This document shows positions 13,340 through 26,319 of a stretch of 39,191 nucleotides of DNA, piece by piece; position 1 is the first letter of the stretch; the number at the start of each line of letters is the position of its first letter. The notes beneath the pieces were generated by a model that worked only from the letters and a program-made list of their open reading frames with translations, was not told the DNA's origin and made no database searches. Location: assembly GCA_025603075.1 (NCBI GenBank), contig MU626436.1, positions 1 through 39,191 on the forward strand. Reading direction: 5' to 3'. Both the position numbers and the translations under genes were made by a program. The stretch is from Neoconidiobolus thromboides FSU 785. Lineage: Eukaryota; Fungi; Entomophthoromycota.

Positions 13340-14764
13340 ATGTTTCAACACTATTTACTAATTAAAAATCAACATTTGAAACAAGTTAAAACGATCAATG
13401 CTAATAATATAATAAAAATATATACTTTAAATCAATTCAATATCAATCTAGATGAATTTAAAGATTATAAAGCAATTTCTTTGAATTTTAATTTTTTATT
13501 AAAAAATAAAACTTTAGTTTATAGAGATGATGAAAAGGATATTACTATTTATAAGACCATTGAAAATTTAAATATAACAACACAAAAGGATGAGAATTAT
13601 GTATTAGAATTAAACTTAAAAGAAGATGAAAGTAGGTCCAACTTAGAACTAGATAAAAAATCCAGTCCATATCAACAATTATTAACTTTAAGTTTCAATT
13701 ATTTTCAATCAAAAACTAATTTATCAGAATCCGAGTTACTTCAATTATTACAAAAAACATTGCCAAAAAAATGGGAACTCTACAATCAATTCTTACTCTT
13801 ACCACTTAATTGTTTCCACCAACATGATTTAGTCCCGTTAAACCCTTCCTTTTCCTGGACCGAGTTTTTTACTTCCTACATGCACCACGTCTTCTTACCC
13901 TTATTTCAGGTAACTCATATAGCCAAAAAAGTATCAATAACCCCAGATGATGTCTTACGGCGACCAACCATTCAAGCCTATTACGGTAACTTTGATCATT
14001 ATTTCAATCTCGTTACACAAAATTCTATAACTTATTGTTGGGCCCCTAAATATACTATGTTTTCTCAAGGGAATATCAAAGAAAAAATTCGAGTTACTAA
14101 AGAGAAAATATTTCAATTGGAAAATCAGATTGTATTGGATTTATATGCTGGGATTGGTTATTTTACTTTACCTTATTTGTTAAAGTGTGGAGCAAAAAGA
14201 GTGTATGCATGTGAATGGAACCCGTATTCCGTAGTCGGATTAATCAAAGGAGCAGAAATCAATGGAGTGAGTTATGAGTTAGTAAAGGAAATCAAGAATG
14301 AAAACAATCAACATATGTTTCAAGTTATTGATAAATATGTTAAAAAAATAGAGGATGATAATAAGGATGATAATAGAATTAGTAATAGTATAGAGAATAT
14401 AGAAAAAGATATAAAATTAATAATATTACCAGGAAATAATGAAGATTTTATTAATTATTATCAAAATAAAGTGGACCGAGTTAACTTGGGCTTAATACCT
14501 ACTTCCTTTCAAGGGTATGAATTAGCTATCTTAGCTTTAAATAAACAATGTGGGGGTTATTTACATATTCATGAGAATGTAGTTCAAAATGAAGAAAATA
14601 ATAAAATTCAACAAATTCAACAAGAATTAAAACAGATCTTTAACAAATATAATTACTTTAATTGGACTATTTTATTAATCAATGCAGTAATTATAAAAAA
14701 TTATGGACCTTTAGTTTATCATATGGTATTTGATTTCCAGTGCTTGCCGGGAAAAGAGGAGTAA
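13340..14764 (+). CDS. TYW2: tRNA wybutosine-synthesizing protein 2 (TYW2/Trm12, Met-10+ family), intronless
   Basis: 474-aa ORF with DDVLRRP, MFSQGNIKEKIRV, SAM-binding VLDLYAGIGYFTLPYL, ACEWNP, VNLGLIPTS and LHIHENV. Confidence 0.9.
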   Translation: MFQHYLLIKNQHLKQVKTINANNIIKIYTLNQFNINLDEFKDYKAISLNFNFLLKNKTLVYRDDEKDITIYKTIENLNITTQKDENYVLELNLKEDESRSNLELDKKSSPYQQLLTLSFNYFQSKTNLSESELLQLLQKTLPKKWELYNQFLLLPLNCFHQHDLVPLNPSFSWTEFFTSYMHHVFLPLFQVTHIAKKVSITPDDVLRRPTIQAYYGNFDHYFNLVTQNSITYCWAPKYTMFSQGNIKEKIRVTKEKIFQLENQIVLDLYAGIGYFTLPYLLKCGAKRVYACEWNPYSVVGLIKGAEINGVSYELVKEIKNENNQHMFQVIDKYVKKIEDDNKDDNRISNSIENIEKDIKLIILPGNNEDFINYYQNKVDRVNLGLIPTSFQGYELAILALNKQCGGYLHIHENVVQNEENNKIQQIQQELKQIFNKYNYFNWTILLINAVIIKNYGPLVYHMVFDFQCLPGKEE

Positions 14765-14792
14765 TAACAAAAAAAGATAGAGAAATGAAAAG

Positions 14793-16657
14793 CTATTCCA
14801 TATCAGAAGAATAATATTCGATATCTTCAATTTCTTGTTGATTTCTATTACTGGATACATAATTATTATAATAAATTTCATTGAAATCTAATTCATTTAA
14901 TGAATAATTATTTAATGTTGATAATTCACTTGTTACACTATTAAAATGATGATTATTAGAAATAGGACTTAATTTTGTATATACACTATTATTACAATAA
15001 TCGTTATGATTAGAAATGTGTATTTTATAATTATTAATATGATTTAAATACAATTTTAAATCTTTTTGTAATTGTAGTTTTATTTCACGTTTAATATTCA
15101 ACTTAAGTTCATTATAATTACCATTAAATAGTCTATAAAATTCAAAACTTTGTTCTGTTGGATTGATTATTAAATTAATATAATAATTTTGTAAATAAAA
15201 CTCTTTTGAATTAAATGTATTACATTTCCTTACATCTAAATAATTTAATTTATATATTATAGATTGAATTATATGTTCATATTTATTAAAATTATTTTTA
15301 ATATTGTTAATTAACCCTGCATTAGGTATACGAATAGTAATATATCTTTGATTTAATTGATTTTCATACTTTAACCCGTTCAATGCATTCGATAAATAAA
15401 TCTGATTGAAAATAGGTATCAAATCTAATTTATTAAATGATTGAAATGAATTTAGTAATGACATACAATTACAACATTCACTAATATTATAAATATCTCT
15501 TAAAAATAAACTTAAATTTTCGTTAAAATAATTTTGCACTGTATCATCTCTTAATTTAACTTTTTCAAATAAAAATTGATAATCGATATTTATTTTATCA
15601 AAGTTCATAAATATTTGTTCCAATAGTAAATTCATATTATTATTTATCATTTGTGTATTATTTTCGATATTATTGACTTTATTAGCTACTAACACTTTGG
15701 TCATTAAATCACTTCGATTATATTGATTAATTTCTTTAACTCCTAAGAATAAATATTGTAATTGAATTATTGCTGCTCTTAAATCAGCATTACAATCTAA
15801 ATAAAGTTGATTGAATAATTGACAATAGCCTTTATCACGACTTCTATTAAGTTGTTGATTGAATTCTTTTTCAATTATTTTTTTTAATTGTCTTTCAAAA
15901 TAGGTAATTGGCATTGCTTTGAGATAATATTTAATTATATATTCTGGATTATTGATTATTTTTGGATACCATTGATTAAATCCAATATAACTTTGATTTT
16001 GATTTTCATAATTATTAGCTTCATTATAAATTATTATCATTTTATTTTTAACTGTATTATCGATTCCATATTCAATTAACAACTTTTTGAATTTATTTAA
16101 TATTAACTCATTATTGATATTTGGTAACTCATCTAATAATAGTATACTTTGTGAACTTTGTTTTTTGTCTAAATTATTATTTCTTTTTCCTTTACTAATA
16201 AATGTTTTGAATCTCTCAAATACACTTAAATCATCTAAAAATAATTTCAACTATTTTCATAATTTAAATTTAAATTACTTACAATCATAGCCTAAAGTCA
16301 AATTCTCATTTAAATCGCGATTTTCAACATATTCCATTATATTTAAATTGTTATTTTTACATGTTGCTTTTACTAAACATGTTTTACCACTTCCAGTAGG
16401 TCCAAATAATACCAAGATATTGGGGGTCTAAATAAACATGAAACTTATAAATTATTCCTTTCTCATTAAAATTATCTCTTACCCCTTTTTCAACAAATTT
16501 TCTCAATAAATTATCAAATTCACGTATTTTCGTTTTATGTATGATTAATTCTTGCTATTATAAAGCAATTCTTTTAATTAATTATGCTATATAGGTTATT
16601 ATCTATGGAACTTACCACTGTTTCCGGTGCATACTTCTCATGCCACATTAAAGACAT
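14793..16657 (-). CDS. RAD17: Checkpoint clamp loader Rad17/Rad24 (AAA+); three 5' introns then one long exon
   Basis: MSLMWHEKYAPETV/QELIIHKTKI, Walker A LVLFGPTGSGKT, Walker B ILLLDELPNI and CNADLRAAIIQLQ. The frame is also open upstream to 16798, so an additional 5' exon cannot be excluded. Confidence 0.85.
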
Positions 16658-19100
16658 CTTTTTTTGATGATTGAATCTAAAAAATAACTCATCTATTTCT
16701 TGATGACTTGAAAGATTAAACTTTTTCCCAATTTTTGGATATTTGCCATATTTAAACTTTTGCAATATTTCAAAAACATAAAAGAAAAGTGTTTCCAAAT
16801 AATCTGTTTTTTTTGATAAAGAACCAATATTAAATATAATTGTAACATTAATATGTTATTACTTGAAATTAATTTTATTTTTAGCTGGAAAAAAGATGGA
16901 ATATTGTAACTAATAAAGTGGTATTTTTAACTGAAGAGCAATATTATTTGGGAAGTATCTTTAGTCTTTATGATTGGATTTTTATCAATAAATCATACTT
17001 AATCTGTTTCATGCTAATTATCATATTTCTTTTAACAATTTTGGCTAAAAATATAATGGTTAATATGAAACAAACTGAGTAAGAACTTTATATACTATTA
17101 TATATTGCTATAGAAATTTAGTTACGTGTTTATTAAAAATATGAAATTTTTTAAAAAGTTATTAAACTTTTATTTTTAAAATAATTGTAATTAAATACTG
17201 CTGCTTCTTAATATTTTTAATAAGTTAAAAGCCTTCTATCTATAAAAAATTATACTACCTTTATGAATGCTACAGCTACAACTTTGATATACTCACAAGA
17301 TATCATTTTAAAATTAAAACACAGTGTATCAATTTTTAACACTATGTTCATTAAGTAACTCGCCTTATTTTTTTAAGAATATAATTAATTTAACCAAATA
17401 CTGCCGTTTCATATCTTCTATTACCTATAAAATAGGTTAAACTGACAACTAGAAATATTCTTATTAGATACTGCTATAGAATATGCTTAACTTATAGCTG
17501 TTAAAGCACCACTTACTTATAAGATAAATTACATGATTTAACTGATTAAGAGTTCTTATACGATTTAGTGATTCCAAGAATAAAATCCTAATAAATGTTG
17601 GCATTATCAATAGCAATCCTTAAAGGTAATATATTAGATTATAATTAAAGGAATTAACGTATTATATTAGTAAAGCAAATGTAGCGGATAGGGGCAATAT
17701 TAATAGTAATGTCAGTAAATGATATGATAATATTTTATAAAAGTTGGTGGTTATATTTAGTAAGTTTCAAACTAAATTTGAAAGTCCACTAAATTTATAC
17801 TTGAAATTAAATTTTATTAATGAAATGTTTCATTATCTTGTTATAATAAGTTATCTAATTAAATACTTGTAATTATTAATCTTCAGCTAATTACTAAATT
17901 AAAATTTAATACTCATATCTTTCCAAAGACACTGTTACTAATTTAAATTATGTGACTGTTTTTCAATAGCATTTAATTTATAATAATCATTTTATATTTT
18001 GTCTTTTAAATTTATCTATTATTTAGTTTAATAATAGAAACAAAATCATCATTTATAAACATATTAAGTTTAATTTAGTCAATTAATATACTTATTTTTA
18101 ATTTTCAATTTTTAATTTATATTTGAGTATATTAAAAATTAAACTTTAAATAGTAAATTAAAATGTGGCTCTTGTTTAATAAAGAATAAATTTTAATTCA
18201 TTGTTATAATAATACTGATATTTATTTAATATCTTTATTCATTATTTACTATTATATAAAATATTAAAAGTAAATGTTTATTTTCAACCTCATAGGTGAC
18301 ATAAAGTAAACATACTTAGTCAATAAGTAGTCAACCATAAGTACCCCAAACCAAAGCAGATATAAAGAAGTGTTGGATTAAATTATGGGATTTTATAGAA
18401 TTATTTTGAAATATGAAATTGAAAGGTTAAGTTTCGAAATTAGCGGTTAAAATCGAACCCAGAAAAATGGCAATCTAAAAAATAAGATTTTGGAATAAAC
18501 TTAGAATGGAGGTTCCCAATAATTGAAGAATAATATGCATTAAATCAGCCAATAGTTAGATCGAATTTGAAGAATAAATAATAAATTGGAAGAATCTATG
18601 ATAATTGAAAATTATAATAGATAATATGAAAAGTTAATTGAAGTTAATCGGACTATTATTGGACAATATAGTGGTGAAGTGCCAATAAGCTGGAGCTTAT
18701 AGTATAAATTTTGGGAGAAATTAGTTGGTATGATAAATTCTCAGTCACATAAAATTATTTGACAATAAAGCACCATTTCTAATTTTATTAATCAATTATA
18801 CAATAAAATAAGATATATTTTCCAAATATAGCAAATCTAGTCACATAAAAATAAGAATAGTAAAGTAAAGAGGAGAAATATAAATATAACAACAATGAAC
18901 ATTTTATCTCAAAAAGTTACTAATATTTCTTAATTTCTTTTCATATAAGACTGGTTTCTTAGCTTCAGAGTTTTTTTTACTTACATTTGATACTCTTTTT
19001 CTTAATAGAACTTTACATTATAATAGAATATACCCTAATCTAATATACTATATCCTAATTTAATCTAATATCGATTTAATATAAATATCAATTTTAAAAA

Positions 19101-19850
19101 ATGCCAATTCATATCACATCTCCTTTAGTTTCACCAAGTTTAAAACCAAACTATTGTAATAATAACAATGTCAACTTCTATGAAGATATCGAAAGTTTAA
19201 CCTTAAATCAAAAATATAATTCATGTCCTCATAAGAGATTACAAAACATCCGATATAAGACTTCTTCTCCATTATCTTTGTTGAAACCAGGGTCTGTATT
19301 TAGTGGAGTACAAAAGAGTGGCACTGACGAATATCCAGTAACTATTGAGGTCCAATCAGTAGATATTGAAAGATCTAAATTCTGTGGTTACTTAAGTATT
19401 CAAAATTTAACTGAAGAGTTTCCCTCTGTATCAACTTATTTTGAATCTGAAATTATTGGGGATCGTTATTCTTTTATCACTAATAAATGGGAAAGCGATT
19501 ATCAAAATGATATGGAACATTGGACTAAATTTAGTGAAAGTAAACAGGAAAATTGTATCTTAAATACTGTTTTAAATGAACATAAAGACGATATCAATAA
19601 TGTTAAATTTAATCCCATTAATAAGGATTTTATTTATATGCGTTGGAAAGAAATGTTTTTAGTACCCGATCATAAAGTTAAAAATATTGAAGGTATCTCT
19701 TTTTGTGGATTTTATTATATTTGTTTCAATGTTTCCACTGGTAATATTCAAGGCTATTATTATCATCCCTCAGCTAATGAAAAATTTCAAGAATTACATT
19801 TAAATTATCAATCTAATCAATATCAGTTTGCTGAATTCGAGTTTAGATAG
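19101..19850 (+). CDS. GID4: GID/CTLH E3 ligase substrate receptor Gid4/Vid24, intronless
   Basis: 249-aa ORF with LLKPGSVFSGVQKS, TYFESEIIG, DMEHWTKF, FIYMRWKEMFLVPDHKV and GFYYICF...IQGYYYH. Confidence 0.93.
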   Translation: MPIHITSPLVSPSLKPNYCNNNNVNFYEDIESLTLNQKYNSCPHKRLQNIRYKTSSPLSLLKPGSVFSGVQKSGTDEYPVTIEVQSVDIERSKFCGYLSIQNLTEEFPSVSTYFESEIIGDRYSFITNKWESDYQNDMEHWTKFSESKQENCILNTVLNEHKDDINNVKFNPINKDFIYMRWKEMFLVPDHKVKNIEGISFCGFYYICFNVSTGNIQGYYYHPSANEKFQELHLNYQSNQYQFAEFEFR

Positions 19851-20540
19851 TTTATTTGTTCGATTTGAAGTTTATTTATTTTTTGCAATTTATCTCTTTT
19901 AATTACCTCTCTACTCTCTTTAGACTATTGTACTATTATTATTAATAAATTTTTATAACACATTAAGTTTTAATTATTTTATTCTACTGTTTTTTCTCTT
20001 AGACTTTCTTTCAACAAGTTTTTATTTGAGATAAGTTTTATTAAAAAAGGGATTTAACCTGAATAAAGAAATTGAATGACTTAGAAAATAAAACTAAAGA
20101 CAAAAAAAGAAAAAATTGGTTTATTTAGTACATATGAAACAGTTATTTATTTCGCCCTTACTAACTTGAAGTACTTTAATTATGACTGTTAATGTTGAAG
20201 TTTGAATTTATTTTCATCGAAAAATAAAGCGGATAAAGGTCTTAGATATTTTTCCTATAAGCTTTATTCCCAATACCCCAAATTCAAATACTCTATTAAA
20301 TTGCTCTTCTTTAAAAAAATGAATTGTACCCCCATGCTTAAAATAAGCAAATCCACCAATGAAATTTTGGCTAAATAAAGGGATAAAATAATCTTGTAAG
20401 TTCAATAATAAAAAATACAAATTCAAACTAAACTAAACTTTCTTATTTATCCTTTTTGTTATTCAACTTGAACTTATTTATTTAATAGATTTAAATTGAA
20501 CAATTTTATAATATATATTATTAATTGTTATTATACGATA

Positions 20541-22017
20541 ATGTCACAAAACGCTTATAATTCAACTATAATAAATAATCAAACTAAGAGCTCAGCGACT
20601 GCAGCTATAATTAATAAACAACCATTTTTTAAATTGGATAATAACGCAGCGCTTCATTTTATTGCTGGAGGGTAAATTTAATAATTGAAGCTTAAATAAA
20701 CTAAAATAATGTTAAAAAATTTAATAGTGTAGGTGGTAGTATAGGTACTATTATATTCAGTCCTTTAGAAGTTATAAAAACAAGATTTCAAGTAAGATAA
20801 AAGATTAATATTAATACGAACTAAGCAAATGTTAAATTTTTGCTTTCAATAGTCTTCATTATATCAAGAAAATAAATTAAAACTAAATCAAAAGCTTGGT
20901 TTATGGAATTCTACTAAATTCCATATAGCTGATACCTTAAGTTCTGTAAGGTAAGTTGATAGTTTAAATCATTAACTTTAAATATTAATCATGTTAAATT
21001 ACTATTAGGAACTTATATCGTAATGAAGGTTTTAAAGCTTTATTTAAAGGCTTAGGACCTACTTTATCTGGGGTTATACCATCAAGGTAAAAAAATTCAG
21101 AATTCAAAAAGTAAGGGTTTGAGTATTAACGTTCTAAATTTTAGGTCCATTTATTTTTTTTCATATGGAAATGGTAAAAAAATGCTAAGTGATTTAAATG
21201 GCGGTAAAGAAAATGCTTTAATTCATTTGTCTTCTGCTACAATAGCTGGTAAATTTAAATAATGATATATAATAAAATGAGTAATAATGCTATTTATTAA
21301 GGCATAATCACAGCAACAGCAACCAACCCAATATGGGTAATACGTACAAGGATGCAATTACAAAATGAAACTGGAAGGTTATATAATAATTCATTTCATT
21401 GTTTATATCAAATTGTAAGAAAAGAAGGAGTTAAAAGTTTGTATAAAGGAATGAGTGCTTCTTATCTAGGTATGTTCAATGATATTATAAGTGAAGTTAT
21501 GTTAATAGTTGATATTGATTAGGTGTTGTTGAATCTGCTACTCAATGGGTGGTTTATGAACAATTGAAAGTATTACGTGGTATTCAATCTACAAGCGATA
21601 AAAATCAAAAGGATAAAACTATGAATGGTAAATACAAATTATTAGCTTAAAGTATTAATATATTTATATAATTTTTAGAATGGATGGAAACTTTATTATG
21701 TGCAGGTAGTGCTAAATTAATAGCAGCTTTAGTAGCTTATCCGCATGAAGTAAGCTTGTTATATTATATGTTATTAAAATATATTTATTTAAATGAAACT
21801 ATAGGTATTAAGAACACGTTTAAGGCAAAACCCAGTGAATTCAAATGGCACATATAAATATAATGGATTGATTTCAAGTATTAAATTAATTTATAAAGAA
21901 GAAGGTATGGTTGGATTATATGGTGGTTTAACTCCTCACCTACTAAGAGTAGTACCTAATGCTGCTGTTTTATTCGGTACTTATGAGATGATTATGTATT
22001 ATTTTTCTAAAAAATAA
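20541..22017 (+). CDS. RIM2: Mitochondrial carrier, Rim2/SLC25A33-36 pyrimidine nucleotide transporter-like (spliced)
   Basis: Three carrier signatures (PLEVIKTRFQ, PIWVIRTRMQ, PHEVLRTRLRQ), plus LHFIAGGVGG, ALFKGLGPTLSGVIPSRSIYF and GLYGGLTPHLLRVVPNAAV. Confidence 0.9.
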
Positions 22018-22311
22018 CTTATTGATGATTCCCCACTTTATGCCCTTTACTGCTTTACTATTACCCCCTTTATATTATTGCTTTATTTTATTTATTACTT
22101 TAGATGTGATATAAATAGAATTTTATTATTATATCATTATATCATTATATTACTATATATTTTGACTTTATTATTATTCATTCTTTACACGTTTTATATT
22201 CACTATTTTAAATAATTTGACTAAGACATATTAAACATCAATATTTATTTTAAAAAATCAAATATTTAAATTTCAACTAAATAAAACTTTATGTTAATAA
22301 TAATAAACTCT

Positions 22312-23423
22312 CTACATCATCTTTTTAATTTTAGCAATAGCTAATCCAGGGTTAAGACCTTTTGGACAAGTTTTAGCACAATTCATAATTGTATGGCATC
22401 GATACATGGAGAAGGGGTTTTCTAATTGTGCTCTACGTTCATCTCCAAACTCATCACGGGAATCAGCCATCCAACGATAAGCTTGCATTAAAGCGGCTGG
22501 GCCAAGATAGACATCCTGATTCCACCAGTAAGAGGGACAAGAAGTAGAACAACAAGCGCACAGAATACATTCATATAAACCATCCTGAAAAAATTAAGAT
22601 TAATTTCAAGTAATTAAGAGTTAATTAAAACCTACTAATTTCTTACGGTCAGCTATTGTTTGTAAATTCTCTCTGGCACCTTCTGGATATTCTTTCTTCT
22701 TTTGTAAATAAGGTTTAATTGATTTATATTGTTTATAAAAATTATTGAGATCAGGTACAAGATCTTTAACAATATACATATGAGGTAATGGATAAATCTA
22801 GTTTTAAGGGAAGAGATTAATGTTATATTACTATAGTGATCAAAAATCCTTTACCTTCATATTACTTTCATTTCTATCGATTTTGCAAATACAAGCAAGT
22901 GTATTACTTCCATTGATATTCATAGCACATGAACCACAGATACCTTTTGTTTTATTAGTAAATTTTATAATTATCTATGTTCTATTGTTTTACCTTCACG
23001 ACAAGAACGACGGAAAGTAAGGGTAGGATCAACTTCATTTTTGATTTTAATTAAGGCATCAAGTACCATAGGTCCACAGCTGTTGATATCGACCTTATAT
23101 TCTTGTAGTCTTGGTTTAGCACTTGGATTTTCTGGATCCTTTAAATTTCAAATTTTAGTTTTATTTTTTTGATACTATTATTATTTTACCCAACGATAAA
23201 TAGCAAAAGTTTTGTTCATTGGTGCTTTAGCTTTAACTTCTTTGACATTTGTTGCTTCTGAAGCCATAGCTTTACTTGAGCTAGAAGTAATGCTACGGGT
23301 TAAATTGGAAGACATCAACTAATAATAATTAATTTAATACATTATTCTATTAGTTTATAATATGGCTATTACTTTAGTACTATTTAAATTTTTAATACTC
23401 ATGGTAGCTGATTTAACTAGCAT
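22312..23423 (-). CDS. SDH2: Succinate dehydrogenase iron-sulfur subunit (spliced)
   Basis: Fe-S motifs [33 protein letters not shown] and [19 protein letters not shown], with a presequence-like N-terminus. Confidence 0.97.
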
Positions 23424-24140
23424 CTTTAAATTATTTATTTTCTTTTAAAAAAAATTGAAGATTCGTTTCGATCATTTAAGATAATCTATGATTACAGATC
23501 AAATTACTAGCTATCATTTTATTGGTTGCTTTTTAAATTTCAATGGAGTCAAACATGGCTTTGAATTCCAATCAATTGAATTCAACTGAGAACTTATGGG
23601 ATATCATTTGTTGGTGTTAAAAATAAGCCTAAATCAAAAGGAATTTTTTAAAAGAATCGGTTAATTTTTTTATGTTGGCTAACTGATTTTTTAATACAGC
23701 CTATGTTAATTGCTATTAAAAATATTCGCCTTTAAAGCTATTTTTTCTTTACCTCTCATCCCCTCAGAAATGAAAAAAACTTCCTTAACTTTTTGATACA
23801 AGCTTTTACTTTTAAAGTTATAGTTTTTTTATTTCTAACTATTCTGATGTAAAGATGGTATCAATTTATCAAATGCGATTAGTTGCTTAAAGCGAAACCA
23901 GCCCAAATTTGTTGCTACTTTCAAACAAATGTAAACCTAGAACACAGCATATTCAATTATAGCAACTTATAAAAGCAAACATTTAAACACTAGCAAAATG
24001 GCAAACCCTTAGCAAATTATAATTTCAATTAAGCACAAAATCAACAACTTAATTTCAATCACCAATTGTAAGAAGTGGATTGGTTGATTTTTTCTATTAA
24101 TATCATTTAATAGTGGCTTAAATTCACATTTTATTCCATT

Positions 24141-25308
24141 ATGACGATAAAGAACCGAACAACAGAGTTCCAAGCGGTGGTTAGAACTATTCGAAATCGG
24201 GAGTCTCCAACACCGCCTTCTTCTTTAAATAGTAGAAATACTTCTAGGGCAAGTACCCCAAATAAAAATTTTAAAAAGAGTGAGTTTTCAAGGCAAGCTT
24301 CAGCGATTTCTAACAAGATCCAACAGACAGCGACTAAATTACAAAAATTGACAAAGCGTAAGAGAATTGATTTTATATAGTTTCTTGTTTAAAGCCTTTA
24401 TTTAGTTGCTAAAAAGAGATCATTATTTGATGATAAACCTACAGAAGTTAATGTAATTGCTAGCTATTATTATAATTAAAAGCAAAAATTTTAAATTAAG
24501 GATAGGAACTTACGTTTGCGATTAAACAAGATATAGCTGGTATCAACCAACAACTATCTACCTTACAACAGTACACAAAAAATCAGAATAATTCTTCTGG
24601 GAAAGGACAGCAAGAAGAGCATATTTCTAATGTGGTTACTAATCTTCAATCGCAACTTGCTAATACATCAATAAGCTTTAAAGACGTTTTAGAAATAAGA
24701 AGTGAAGTAAATTAAATCGAACGAAATAGTGATTTTAGCTAATATTAAATAGAACATGAAAGTAACTAGACAACGTAAAGAGCAATTCACTTACCAAGCA
24801 GCAAGTTATAAAAATGAACAAAGTAAACAGATATATATTCCCTATTTTAATAGTTATAATAATCCTTTAATTTAAGATGGCTATATACCCGAAGCCAATG
24901 GAGGAAACAAAGAATACTTGGCTTTAGACCTTGGTGACCCAGCATTACAGCAGATGCAACTGATTGAGCAACAGGACTCCTATATTGATTCTAGAGCAAG
25001 TGCGATCACTAATATTGAATCAACGATCGCTGAGTTAGGATCTGTTTTCCAACAGCTTGCTAACATGGTGGCGGAACAAAGAGATGTGGTTCAAAGGTAA
25101 TAATTTTTCTTAATCTAATATAGAGTCTGTTAAATGAAATAAAAATTATAGAATCGATGCTAATGTAGAGAGTATGGAGTTAAATGTCACGGGAGCACAA
25201 CAGGAACTTTTAAGATATTATACATCGATTTCATCCAATCGATGGCTTATTATTAAAGTGTTTGGGCTAATCGTTATGTTCATGGTGTTGTTTGTAACGC
25301 TGAGATAA
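24141..25308 (+). CDS. SED5: cis-Golgi syntaxin Sed5/syntaxin-5 (spliced)
   Basis: N-peptide MTIKNRTTEFQAVV, SEFSRQASAIS, LAKKRSLFDDKP, SNARE motif ITNIESTIAELGSVFQQLANMVAEQRDVVQRIDANV, and a C-terminal transmembrane anchor RWLIIKVFGLIVMFMVLFVTLR*. Confidence 0.95.
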
Positions 25309-25918
25309 AAAAATTGGATTTAATAGTAAAGTTATACTCAATGTTTTTATATTACTTTTTTTGGGAGTTTGTGAATGATTGAATTTGAAGATTTTTATTA
25401 GTTGTTTATATGAACCTGAATTGGGTTTTTAGTAAATAATAAAATAATACTTAATTACAGTATTAACTTGTAAAGGTTTCGTAAAGTAATTTTAGTTATT
25501 TTAATTTTATTATCAGATTTGCATTGTGGATATAATTTTCCAAATTGGTGCTAACGCAAGCGACCCTTTATGAACTCATGAAGGTTAAGGAAAATTCGAA
25601 ATTTATTTATTTGTTACAATTTTGATATAGTTTAATTAATAGCTTAAAGTTTTGAATATATTCTACTATGTAAATAATATTTTAATTCGGCATTGCTTAA
25701 GTTATAAAAAAACAAAATATTGAAATATTAATCATTTATTTATGAGTATGGTCTTTACCTTATAGAAAATTGATTTATATAAAAAATAAACAAAACAAAA
25801 AGCTTTAAAATTTATTTTGACTTATGTGAATTGAAGAAAATCTAAAATATAATTTAAATATGATTAGACTTTTAATTTTTGACTATTTTCATTTAAAAAG
25901 CTCATGACAATAATAAGG

Positions 25919-26020
25919 TATGGGAATATATTTGTGTTTAAGAATTTTATTAAAAAAATTTCGCTCAAATAGTGCTTAAAAGATGGAAAAAGTAATAAGC
26001 TCGAAAAAACACCCTCATAT
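25919..26020 (+). mobile_element. MITE-like TIR element, copy 2
   Basis: TATGGGAATATATTTGTGTTTAAGAATTTT...CTCAAATAGTGCTTAAAAGATGGAAAAAGTAAT...AAAAAACACCCTCATAT. Confidence 0.75.
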
Positions 26021-26101
26021 GTTACGAAATCTAAAAATAAAAAAAATAACAGATTAAAGAGTTAGTCGCATTTAAGTTATTTTAGTATTGATGAAAACTA
26101 T

Positions 26102-26146
26102 TTATTATCATTGTTATTATCATTGTTATTATCATTGTTATTATCA
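26102..26146. repeat. 12-bp tandem repeat (TTATTATCATTG) x3.75, upstream of GST copy 1
   Basis: Directly visible. Confidence 0.9.
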
Positions 26147-26319
26147 ATTGAAGTACTGAGAACTTTCTTAATCTTTCTAACTAAAGCATACTTCGTCAAT
26201 TTAGTTTTTAACTAATTACTATTTTAATACAGCAGCTTTAATTACTAATTTTCTTGAACAATTGTCTAAGTGACGTAAGTATCAACTATAAATATCAACT
26301 AAATTTTGCGTGAATTATT

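Noticed and set aside
16885-17082. AG-preceded 65-codon open frame with a hydrophobic stretch, resembling an orphan terminal exon
   Set aside because: No upstream exon could be linked and no motif was recognised. Open frames of this length and hydrophobic translation are expected occasionally in AT-rich intergenic DNA.
18274-18930. A plus-strand frame that reads protein-like if TAA/TAG are taken as Gln, suggesting stop-codon reassignment or a hypermutated gene
   Set aside because: About 16 stops in ~220 codons is roughly what this AT content gives by chance. Real genes in the window end in TAA/TAG and use CAA for Gln, and no family motif was recognised.
20214-20426. 70-aa minus-strand ORF between GID4 and RIM2
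   Set aside because: Non-ATG start, no recognisable motif, and it lies in the RIM2 upstream region.
25575-25625. GGTTAAGGAAAA resembling U12 snRNA, or a perfect U12 branch site (TTTTCCTTAACC) on the minus strand
   Set aside because: U12 snRNA would need GTAAGGA plus GC-rich stem-loops and a correctly spaced Sm site, which are absent. No U12 donor or credible exon accompanies the minus-strand match.
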